Source: Candidatus Binataceae bacterium (GTDB lineage Bacteria; Desulfobacterota; Binatia; Binatales; Binataceae). From it: DNA of 24,245 nt. The translations under genes were made by a program, and so were the position numbers. The notes under the pieces are model-generated. The model had not been told where the DNA came from. It searched no databases and saw only the letters and a program-made list of their open reading frames with translations. The stretch is taken from positions 1 to 24,245 of the forward strand of contig JBOHWJ010000535.1 of assembly GCA_050736495.1 (NCBI GenBank), in the 5' to 3' direction. This document shows positions 8,527-16,451 of this stretch, piece after piece. The first letter of the stretch is position 1. The number at the start of each line of letters is the position of its first letter.

Positions 8527-9380
8527 GCGGCCATGATGACGGTGAGGTGGAGGGGGCGCCAGTCCGTGGCGGTCCCGCGCGAGTTCACCCCAGCGCCATC
8601 GTCGAGGCCGACGTTGATCTTGGTCCGGAGGTCGACGTTGGCCCTTTCTGCATGCTGCAGGGGCGGATTCGAATTGGCGCGGGCACTCGCCTGATTGGCC
8701 ACGTCACTATTTTCGGGGACACCGAAATTGGCGCCAGTAACGTCGTTCATCCCAACGCCGTGATCGGCGATGAGCCGCAGGATCTCGCCTACAGCGGCGG
8801 CCCGCGTGCCGTCCGCATCGGCGATCGCAACGTCTTTCGCGAGGGCGTCACAATTCATCGCGGCAGCGAACACGGTGCGGTCACGACTATCGGCGACGGC
8901 AACTTCTTCATGCAGAACGCGCACGCCGCGCACGACTGCCGCATTGGCAGTTCGACCGTAATCGCCGGCGGCGCACTGCTCGCCGGATGGGTCGAAGTGG
9001 GTGACCACGCGCTGGTCTCCGGCAATTGCGTAGTGCATCAGCACGTGCGCATCGGGCGGCTGGCGATGATGCGCGGATTGAGCCGCACCAGCCGGGACGT
9101 GCCACCGTTCTGCATCATGGACCTGACCCATACCTTGCGCGGAATCAACGTGGTCGGACTGAGGCGGGCGGGCATCAGCGCCGGCGCCATTCGCGCTTTG
9201 CGCGATGCCTTTACGGAGCTATTTGGGCGGCGTCGGAATTTGAAGGTCGCAATCGAGCGGTTGATGGAGACTGCTGCGTTGTGCCCCGAAGTCGCCGAGA
9301 TGGTCGACTTCATACGCCACAGCAAGCGCGGTGTCGCCTTCGGTCCGAAGGATCGTGGCGGCGCCGTGGAAGACTACTAG
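8523..9380 (+). CDS. lpxA: Acyl-[ACP]-UDP-N-acetylglucosamine O-acyltransferase
   Basis: Hexapeptide repeats, VHPSAIV, IGDEPQDL, FREGVTIHRG, NAHAAHDC (catalytic His), VHQ, DVPPF and GINVVGLRR. The likely TTG start at 8523 overlaps the yacG stop (TTGA); the start is uncertain. Confidence 0.92.
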   Translation: MSGHDDGEVEGAPVRGGPARVHPSAIVEADVDLGPEVDVGPFCMLQGRIRIGAGTRLIGHVTIFGDTEIGASNVVHPNAVIGDEPQDLAYSGGPRAVRIGDRNVFREGVTIHRGSEHGAVTTIGDGNFFMQNAHAAHDCRIGSSTVIAGGALLAGWVEVGDHALVSGNCVVHQHVRIGRLAMMRGLSRTSRDVPPFCIMDLTHTLRGINVVGLRRAGISAGAIRALRDAFTELFGRRRNLKVAIERLMETAALCPEVAEMVDFIRHSKRGVAFGPKDRGGAVEDY

Positions 9381-9408
9381 CGCGCGCTGAGCCAGCGGCT
9401 TGCAAGGG

Positions 9409-9445
9409 GCGGGCGCGCAACGGGTCAGGCGCGCCCGTTCATTTT
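9409..9445 (+). terminator. Probable intrinsic terminator between convergent lpxA and the crp-like gene
   Basis: CGGGCGCGC (9410-9418) pairs with GCGCGCCCG (9429-9437), followed by TTCATTTT; overlaps the stop codon of the Crp/Fnr gene. Confidence 0.55.
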
Positions 9446-10147
9446 GCCGCGTACCAGTTCTTCCAATCGATGCGGCACGAGCACCATCCGGCGCCCATCG
9501 CGAAAAATCATCCGGCGGCGCTCGAAGTCGGTTAGGATCTGCGTCACCTTGGGCCGTGATCCGCCTACCAGGTCGGCGATTTCGTGATGCGTTGGTATGA
9601 CCCGCAAAAGCGTTCCACGCGAATTGCGCGCGCCGAACTCGGAGGCGAGTTCGAGAAGCGCCACTGCCACCCGGTCGCGCAGCGCGAGGCCAAGGAAGGT
9701 CGGGTAACGCACGAACATTCCGCTCAGGCGTCCCATCATCGTTGCCAGAATGCTGGTGACGGCCGACGGGTCGATCCCAAACGCGATCCGGGAGAAGTTC
9801 GCGGCGCTAAGCTTGCCGATGCGGCAATCGCTAAGCGCCTCGCATTGGAAGTTGTGGCCGATCAGCGTGGGCAATTGCGGAACCTTGAAGATGAGGCCCG
9901 GTGGCATCAGGGCCACCACCGTTCGCGCACGGCGAACGCTGGTGTTAGTCAGCCGGGCTATTCCCGAGAGGAGGAAATAGACGTCCTGGCCGGTTTTCCC
10001 GTTATCACCGAAAATAACATTGTTGCGGCTAACGTCAGAACACGCCATCGCGGCGCACAACCGCCGTAACTGAGGCGCCGCCAGCGATGAGAGCCCGTCG
10101 AGCCGGCTCAGGAGTTCCAGGTCATCAGAAGATCGTGCCTGTGCCAT
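9425..10147 (-). CDS. Crp/Fnr family transcriptional regulator
   Basis: cNMP-binding-like N-domain (VYFLLSGIARL), RDRVAVALLELASEFG and a C-terminal HTH (THHEIADLVGGSRPKVTQIL); strong GAGGAGG SD. Confidence 0.92.
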   Translation of the reverse strand: MAQARSSDDLELLSRLDGLSSLAAPQLRRLCAAMACSDVSRNNVIFGDNGKTGQDVYFLLSGIARLTNTSVRRARTVVALMPPGLIFKVPQLPTLIGHNFQCEALSDCRIGKLSAANFSRIAFGIDPSAVTSILATMMGRLSGMFVRYPTFLGLALRDRVAVALLELASEFGARNSRGTLLRVIPTHHEIADLVGGSRPKVTQILTDFERRRMIFRDGRRMVLVPHRLEELVRGKMNGRA

Positions 10148-10590
10148 TTGATAGGCCTCCTCGAAAGGATATGAGCTTTACCACAACTAATCGTAAAAGC
10201 TACTTTCATATTCGAGCCGATCTAAAATTGGCTCAAACGGTCACCTGGGTAACGTAGCCAGTCTTTGAATCAGCGCATTTCCGCGGGCGGCGCGGCCTAC
10301 AGGCGCTTTGCCGCCACGGATTTCTTTTCACCGCCGGCACCGAAATCCTAGTCTCGCGAAGAGACCTTTGCCTGACCCGGAAAAAGGTTGAGTAGATGTG
10401 TTCGTCGGTGGAAGAGGCGCAGGCGAATGGGCTGACGAAATATACCCATCCCTCACCATAGCGCCGTTCCTCGATCAAAAAGAGAGGGGTTGATTTAGCG
10501 GGATGGCACCGTGGCCGCCGCCATGCGAGTATAAATGCCGTCGCATCTTATGCTTAGCCGATAGCGTGTGATCAAGGCCGATCCGGACTC

Positions 10591-12777
10591 ATGCGGCGTC
10601 TTGCTCCAATCATCGGTCTTCTTATAGTCCTCCTGTCAGGCCTAACGGCGTTGGCTGCGCCGGTTCGGGTTCCGCTGCGGATCGACTACCTCACTCTCGA
10701 CCAGGCCCTGAAGCAGCAGGCCTATACCGCTCCCGGTGGACGTGCCGAACTCTGGCAAGGCGCGAGCGTCTGCGAATACTTCCGCGCGGCCAATCCGCGC
10801 TTCAGCCACAATGGCACCACGGTTACGTTGGAGACCGATGGCGATTTGAGCGTCGGCATAGCGGTCGGCGGCAGGTGCGTCAGCCCGGTCAAATGGTCGG
10901 GCATTGTCGAACTTGACTCGATTCCGTATCTCACGCCCGCGCTCGCGCTCAAATTCCGGGTCATCAATATCAATCTGTACAACCCGCAACATCAGAAGAC
11001 CCTGCTTGCCGGACGCGGCTTCGACCTCGTAAAGAGCTACCTGATTCCGCGTTTCGAGGACTTCTCATTCGATCTAAAGCCGGGGTTAATGCAACTGGAG
11101 GATCTCGTTCAGCAGGCGGCGACACCGGCGGTTGCCGATCGGGTGAAGACGGCGCTCGCGACGCTGCGGCCGATCCGGACGGTCGTGGTCGAGAACAATG
11201 CGGTCAGGCTGACGCTCGAGCTGACTGTGCCTGAAGTCTCGACGGCATCGCCGCTGATGACCGGACCGGCGCCGCCGCTGACGCCGGCTCAGGTCGCGGC
11301 GTGGCAGACCACACTGGATAACTGGGACGCCTTCATGGTCTTCGCCGTCAAGCAACTCGGCCTCACGGTCGACGATCCGCTGATTCGCCAGCGACTCTTC
11401 GACGTTCTGATGGATAGCCGCTATCGGCTGGTGGCGGCGCTGGCGCAGCCGCGGGACCTGAGCGCGGGACCTGATCCTGTGCGCATACTGTTTCTGCACG
11501 TGTGGACGCAATTGGGTCAAATCGTGCGGACCGCGGCTCAGCGTGGGCTTTTGCACACTCGCTCGCTGGAGTTCCTGTCCTTCATCTCGGCGGGCGACGC
11601 GCTGTTCGCGCTCGACCAGGCGGCGCCCGCGCTCGGAATGCGGGTGTCGGCCGGCGATCTGCGCCGCCTCGCCCGCATCATGGCGCCGCAAACCAACGGC
11701 AACCCGCTCGCCTATAGTTTCGACGAAGATCCGCAACTGCAGCAGCTTTTCGGCGTGACCGCGCCCGCCGAGACACCCGGTCCGGTCGAAATGCCCGCTG
11801 CCGCAACTACCACTGCGCCGGCGGGAGTCGTCCCGGCAACCCCCGCGCCTCCGGCGACCACGCCGTCGCCTGCGGCGTCGTCAACGATGGCGCCCGCGCC
11901 AACCTCGGTAGCGCCGTCACCCGCCGCGCCGCCGACGCCGTCCGCACCCGTGTCGTCGGGCGTCATGGCACCGACACCGGCTAGCGTGACCGAACCGCCG
12001 CCGGCGGCGCCCGTTCCGGACACGCCAGAGTTGGCACCGTCCGTTGCGCCTGCGCCGAAGACGGCTCCTGTGCCGGCTCCAGCCGCCGCGTCGAGTCCAC
12101 TCTCGATGCTCTGGCTGGCGCCAGATCTGCTCGGCCCCGAGGAGGCGTTCGCCAGCGAAAATTCGCTGGCCTCAGAGCTTTTGAGCCTGGGCAAAAAGCT
12201 CAAATTGGTGGTGGTGAGCCAGTCCAACATGATCGACTATCAGCGGAACGTGAGCAGCCTGCTGACGCTCACCGCTGAGCGCCAATTGCAGGACGACGAC
12301 GCTCCCGGCGCGAAGAACCTGAAGACCTACGTTTTGCTGATGAGGGCCACCGCGTGGCAGGAGAGTTGCTGGCGGCAATTCACGCTACGCGACGGCCGCA
12401 TCCGCTACCTCGAGTCCTCGACCGGCGACATCGGCCTGATGCAGGTAAACAAGTACGTATGGCGCGGCCTGTTTAAACTTCCGCGCCTGGAATGGGATGT
12501 TGTCTACAATGCGGGGGCGGGCGGGGAAATTCTGATGAAGTTGATGCGCGGGGCAATCGCAAAAGGAGTGGAGCGTCAGGGCGAATCAGAGGCGCTGGCG
12601 CGTTCGACCTACGCCGCCTATAACGGCGGGCCGGACGCCTATAACCGTTGGCGCCGGGACGAACCGCGCCAGACCCGCGCGATCGACCGCTCCTTCCGGG
12701 AAAAATATCGTGCGATCAATCAGAATCGCTCTTTCAATATTATGACTTGCGCCGCCGATTGGGGCGGTTCCCATTGA
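10591..12777 (+). CDS. Exported multidomain lytic transglycosylase (C-terminal SLT domain, large uncharacterised N-terminal region, Pro/Ala/Thr linker)
   Basis: Sec signal MRRLAPIIGLLIVLLSGLTALA; SLT motifs AWQES (catalytic Glu), GDIGLMQVN, YNAGAG and AAYNGGP. Confidence 0.88.
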   Translation: MRRLAPIIGLLIVLLSGLTALAAPVRVPLRIDYLTLDQALKQQAYTAPGGRAELWQGASVCEYFRAANPRFSHNGTTVTLETDGDLSVGIAVGGRCVSPVKWSGIVELDSIPYLTPALALKFRVININLYNPQHQKTLLAGRGFDLVKSYLIPRFEDFSFDLKPGLMQLEDLVQQAATPAVADRVKTALATLRPIRTVVVENNAVRLTLELTVPEVSTASPLMTGPAPPLTPAQVAAWQTTLDNWDAFMVFAVKQLGLTVDDPLIRQRLFDVLMDSRYRLVAALAQPRDLSAGPDPVRILFLHVWTQLGQIVRTAAQRGLLHTRSLEFLSFISAGDALFALDQAAPALGMRVSAGDLRRLARIMAPQTNGNPLAYSFDEDPQLQQLFGVTAPAETPGPVEMPAAATTTAPAGVVPATPAPPATTPSPAASSTMAPAPTSVAPSPAAPPTPSAPVSSGVMAPTPASVTEPPPAAPVPDTPELAPSVAPAPKTAPVPAPAAASSPLSMLWLAPDLLGPEEAFASENSLASELLSLGKKLKLVVVSQSNMIDYQRNVSSLLTLTAERQLQDDDAPGAKNLKTYVLLMRATAWQESCWRQFTLRDGRIRYLESSTGDIGLMQVNKYVWRGLFKLPRLEWDVVYNAGAGGEILMKLMRGAIAKGVERQGESEALARSTYAAYNGGPDAYNRWRRDEPRQTRAIDRSFREKYRAINQNRSFNIMTCAADWGGSH
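11758..12099 (+). repeat. Low-complexity Pro/Ala/Thr/Ser-rich linker coding region
   Basis: About 110 aa such as PAATTTAPAGVVPATPAPPATTPSPAASSTMAPAP, lying between the N-terminal region and the SLT domain. Confidence 0.8.
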
Positions 12778-12800
12778 GGCTGCGAATTCCACCCCTGTGC

Positions 12801-13607
12801 GTGATTGCACACCGGCGTATCGAGGAAAAATCGCCCCGCTGCCGCCTCCGCACGCGACGCACGCGGCTTTGGCCCCCTTGCCCGGCGGCGATCGGCGCTA
12901 TCTTAATGAGCCTGCTGCCGGTTTTGCCGGCGCACGCCGCGCGGATGAGGGTTCCCGTCCTGATCGATTACCCGCTGCTCGACGCCGCGCTCAAGGCCCG
13001 GCTTTATACTGGTCCTGGCGGCAGCGCCGCACTATGGACGGGCAGCGACCAATGCCAGTACTTTTACGCGACCAATCCGCGTTTCGAGCGCGGTACCAAA
13101 GGTGTGCGGCTGGAGACCAACGGCGACTTAAACCTCGGGATGGCGCTGGGCGGCCAATGCCTGAACGCGGTCGAATGGTCCGGTATCGTGCAGATTGATG
13201 CGGCGCCATACATCGACCATCTCGCGCTCAAATTGCGCGTCACCAACGCTAATCTCTACGATCCGTCGCACCAGAAGGCCGCGCTGGTCGAGCGCGGCTT
13301 CGACCTGGTCAAGGGCAGCTTCATTCCACAACTCGAAACCTTCACCTACGATGTCAAACCGCGGATCGCGCGGCTCAAGCAGGTGGTGGTGGCGTCGGCG
13401 CCATCCGACCAGGCGGCGCGTATTGACCAGGTGCTCGCGAGTCTCACGGCGGACTCCGCCGTGATTGCTGAGGACCGTGGCGTGCTCGTCACCTTCGAAG
13501 CGGTGGTCCCCGATGACATGGCGCCGGCGGTATCGCAGGCGCTGGCGTCGCTCAGCGCCGAACGAGGTGAGGTCGAGTTGGCCGCCCCGGCGGCGCTACA
13601 ACATTGA
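12801..13607 (+). CDS. Exported hypothetical protein, paralog of the N-terminal domain of the upstream transglycosylase
   Basis: Aligns by eye with residues ~22-214 of the upstream protein (RVP.IDY, NPRF, LET.GDL, WSGIV, LALK.RV, HQK, RGFDLVK). Signal-peptide-like segment ending AHA. The start could be GTG 12801 or ATG 12906. Confidence 0.85.
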   Translation: MIAHRRIEEKSPRCRLRTRRTRLWPPCPAAIGAILMSLLPVLPAHAARMRVPVLIDYPLLDAALKARLYTGPGGSAALWTGSDQCQYFYATNPRFERGTKGVRLETNGDLNLGMALGGQCLNAVEWSGIVQIDAAPYIDHLALKLRVTNANLYDPSHQKAALVERGFDLVKGSFIPQLETFTYDVKPRIARLKQVVVASAPSDQAARIDQVLASLTADSAVIAEDRGVLVTFEAVVPDDMAPAVSQALASLSAERGEVELAAPAALQH

Positions 13608-13677
13608 CGATGCGTCTGACCGCGCGCACCTGCACATAGTCGCGGTTGGGACGTTACCGCCAGCGCGCGACGGCGTC

Positions 13678-15447
13678 ATGGCTCGTGCCAATTCATTGGC
13701 GAGACAGCAGATGATTCACAGTCCGTGTCCATGCCGAAAGCGCCTGTGGCGGGTAGGTATCGCGATTCTTGCCGCGTTGATATGTGCCGAGAGTTCCTGC
13801 ACGCTGGCGGGCCGCATCTGGAGCAATGCCGGCGAGAAGGTGCTCAAGCCCGCGCAACTGGAGACTCCGCCGCCACCGTCTCCAGTGCGGGCTCAAATCG
13901 GCCCGCATGTACTCATCTTCGCGCTCGACGGCGCCGGCCACGATCAGCTCATGGCGGCGATTTTCTCCGGCAAAGCCCCCAATATGGCCGCATTGCTCGG
14001 CGAGGATTACGGCAGCGGCGTGTTCGACCATGGCTACTCCGCGCCCGCTACCATCAGCGTGCTGCCCTCCAGCACCATTGCCGATTGGTCGGCGATTTTC
14101 ACCGGACAACCGCCAGCCGTCAACGGCGTAACAGGTGATGAATGGTTCGAGCGCGACAAGATGCAATTTTTTGCGCCGGTGCCGGTTTCAGTGCACGACA
14201 CCACCGACCTGACCAAGGCGCTGACGGAGGATCTCGTCGGCAAGCAACTCGAAACGCCGACGCTCTACCAACTGGTCAAAGCGCGATCTTACGTTTCGTT
14301 GCTGGCGATCTACCATGGGGCCACGTTGTTTACGACGTTCGATCCGAACGCGTCCTTTCCCAACCTGGTCACCAGCCTGATCAAGGGCGAACTCGCGGGC
14401 GAATCGCCCGAGAAATCGCTCAGCGCGCGGGTGGATCTCGATTCGGCGCAAAAGGTGGGAAAGGCGATCAACGAGCACGGCATGCCCGATCTGCAGGTGG
14501 TCTATTTTCCCGGTATCGATATTTTCACGCACGTTTCCAAGGACCCCCTCAAGTCCCAGGTCGCGTACCTCGAAAATGTTACCGACAAGGGCGTCGGCGA
14601 GGTGCTGAACGTCTATCGCCAGAAGGGTGTGTTCGATCACACTTACGTGATTTTCATCGCCGACCACGGCCATATCCCGACGCTCGCCGATGAACGGCAC
14701 GCGATCGACGCGACCGGTCCTGAGAGCCCGTCGCCATTGCTGGAAAAGACCGGCTTTCGCGTGCGCAAGCCGGCTATCACTCTCGCCAACGGCGACCAGG
14801 ATTACCAGGCCGTGCTCGCCTACCAAGGCTTCATGGCCTACCTTTACCTCGCCGACCGCGCGACCTGCCCCAAAAAGGGCGACGTTTGCGAATGGAAGAA
14901 ACCGCCGCGCTATTACCGTGACGTGCTTCCAGTGCTGCGCGGGCTCTTTCGTGACAATCGGACCGGCCTTCCCGTAGCGCAACTCAAAGGCTCCATCGAT
15001 CTGATTTTCTCGCGGCGTCCGGCTGCGCCTGGCAAGGCCGCGCGGCCGTTTGAGATCTTCGACGGCCGGCGGCTGGTCCCGATCGATGAATACCTGAAGC
15101 GTCATCCGCGGCCGGACCTGGTCGAACTCAAGCAACGGATGGACTGGCTGGGCGCGGGACCCCACGGCGATCGCGCCGGCGATATCGTGTTACTCGCCCG
15201 CGCGTGCATGGATATTCCGATTCAGGACCGCTACTACTTCGCTGCGGAGACACACTATTCATGGCATGGCAGCGCCTGCCTGCAGGACAGTCACGTTCCG
15301 CTTATCCTGGCTCAACCCGGAGGTTCGGGCGAGGATCTGGAAGACATCGTCGAGGACAGCGCGGGCGACGCGGCTACCGAGATGGATCTGACGCCGCTGG
15401 TGCGCGCGCTGCTCAAACACGGCGTGGCGGCGGCGTCCGCCCGCTAG
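13678..15447 (+). CDS. Alkaline phosphatase superfamily protein (nucleotide pyrophosphatase/phosphodiesterase-like), probably exported or a lipoprotein
   Basis: Metal and nucleophile motifs FALDG, LPSSTIADWSAIFTG, DIFTH, IADHGH and WHGS; N-terminal RKRLWRVGIAILAALICAESSC signal. The start could be ATG 13678 or 13711. Confidence 0.88.
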   Translation: MARANSLARQQMIHSPCPCRKRLWRVGIAILAALICAESSCTLAGRIWSNAGEKVLKPAQLETPPPPSPVRAQIGPHVLIFALDGAGHDQLMAAIFSGKAPNMAALLGEDYGSGVFDHGYSAPATISVLPSSTIADWSAIFTGQPPAVNGVTGDEWFERDKMQFFAPVPVSVHDTTDLTKALTEDLVGKQLETPTLYQLVKARSYVSLLAIYHGATLFTTFDPNASFPNLVTSLIKGELAGESPEKSLSARVDLDSAQKVGKAINEHGMPDLQVVYFPGIDIFTHVSKDPLKSQVAYLENVTDKGVGEVLNVYRQKGVFDHTYVIFIADHGHIPTLADERHAIDATGPESPSPLLEKTGFRVRKPAITLANGDQDYQAVLAYQGFMAYLYLADRATCPKKGDVCEWKKPPRYYRDVLPVLRGLFRDNRTGLPVAQLKGSIDLIFSRRPAAPGKAARPFEIFDGRRLVPIDEYLKRHPRPDLVELKQRMDWLGAGPHGDRAGDIVLLARACMDIPIQDRYYFAAETHYSWHGSACLQDSHVPLILAQPGGSGEDLEDIVEDSAGDAATEMDLTPLVRALLKHGVAAASAR

Positions 15448-15548
15448 TGTCCGGTCTCACAAATGACTTTGCTGTAAGGGCAATCTGTCAGCATCAGTGC
15501 TCGGGAACATTGTCGTGCAAAGCAAAGTTATTTGCGGACACGACACTA
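15445..15548. mobile_element. Putative MITE (IS630/Tc1-type ends), ~100 bp, flanked by TA
   Basis: Left end TAGTGTCCGGTCTCACAAATGACTTTGCT versus reverse-complemented right end TAGTGTCGTGTC-CGCAAATAACTTTGCT (24 of 29 positions identical by hand count). TA sits at both extremities, the interior is lower in GC, and it has no coding capacity. Confidence 0.7.
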
Positions 15549-16451
15549 CAGGCGGAACGTCGCGCATACGCCGATATGGTCGGATGCCCACAGCCAGCGT
15601 CCACCCGGCTCACAATGGGCGCGGGGCATGAACAGGTTCGCCTCGGCGATCGCGAGCGGGCGGCCGCGCGGTGAACGGGCCAGGATGAAATCAATGCGCT
15701 GGTTGTGTGAGGCTACTTGCGATTCGAGGTCGATATCGTCGCGGTCATTTGTATAGCCGGGGTTATGGCCGGGAGCGCGAGCGCCCGCCGCGGCATAGGC
15801 GTCGACGAAACCAGCGCGTATGAAGGCGCCGACAGTGTCGGATTCCGGAACGTCGTTGAGATCGCCCGCGATTATCGCGACGGTCGCTGGGTCGCCGCCG
15901 CCTTCGACCCATTCCACCAATTCGCGCGCCTGGGCGACGCGGATCGAAGCGCCACCGCCGGCTGCTTCGAGACGATCGGTCAAGTGCGTCACGTAGGCTT
16001 CGACCGTGCCGCCTTCGAGAGCGAAGCGCGTCTTGAGCGCCACGCGGTCGTCGGGCAGGCGATAACGAACACCGCCGACGGTTGTTGCCAATTCCACTTG
16101 CGCGCGATACTTGAGAATTTCCGGCGCGGCGGCTGGCGCGACCCGGCTCATCAACGCCACACCTTCATCGAAGGCGTAGTCGGCTTCGCCGGCGCTATCG
16201 GCGGGCGCGTACGAAAGCGCGTAGCCCGCGCCGCCGCAGGCATGGTTGACCAGTCGGCTGAGTTTCGCGCCGATATCGCCGCATTGCGGAGCGCGGGTCA
16301 ATTCCTGCAGCGCCACGATATGTGGGCGGCGCGCGGCGATTTCGGCGGCGATCAATTCGAGGCGGCGGTCGAGATGACGGAAAGACGGCAGGTCGTGAAA
16401 GATGTTATAGGTCACCACCGTGCACTCGCGGATGTTGTCGTGTCTGCTCAT
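15546..16451 (-). CDS. Endonuclease/exonuclease/phosphatase (EEP) family protein
   Basis: Motifs VTYNI, ALQE, THL, AGDLN, RIDFI and SDH. Confidence 0.92.
   Translation of the reverse strand: MSRHDNIRECTVVTYNIFHDLPSFRHLDRRLELIAAEIAARRPHIVALQELTRAPQCGDIGAKLSRLVNHACGGAGYALSYAPADSAGEADYAFDEGVALMSRVAPAAAPEILKYRAQVELATTVGGVRYRLPDDRVALKTRFALEGGTVEAYVTHLTDRLEAAGGGASIRVAQARELVEWVEGGGDPATVAIIAGDLNDVPESDTVGAFIRAGFVDAYAAAGARAPGHNPGYTNDRDDIDLESQVASHNQRIDFILARSPRGRPLAIAEANLFMPRAHCEPGGRWLWASDHIGVCATFRL

Noticed and set aside
10281..10380. Possible c-di-GMP-I (GEMM) riboswitch on the minus strand (GGCAAA...GCGA...GCAAAGC)
   Set aside because: The stem around the GCGA loop and the spacing to GCAAAGC do not fit the consensus. 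It is kept only as generic hairpins pending an Rfam scan.
10504..10520. TGGCAC resembling a sigma54 -24 box upstream of the SLT gene
   Set aside because: The -12 element reads CCGC rather than TTGC, which is too weak to call.
11712..12230. Gly/Ala-rich 172-aa minus-strand ORF and an apparent tandem repeat
   Set aside because: It is the mirror image of the Pro/Ala linker. There is no exact repeat unit and no CRISPR-like repeat-spacer pattern.
12648..12800. N-terminal extension of the paralog ORF overlapping the SLT gene
   Set aside because: It would overlap the upstream gene by 130 nt and precede the signal-like segment. The true start is more likely at 12801 or later.
13465..13677. N-terminal extension of the phosphodiesterase ORF
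   Set aside because: It overlaps the upstream gene and places the signal peptide too far from the start.
13678..16451. Idea that the phosphodiesterase and EEP nuclease form an anti-phage defence pair (PglZ-like)
   Set aside because: The genes are convergent, the phosphodiesterase is exported, and no BREX, ATPase or methylase partners are present.
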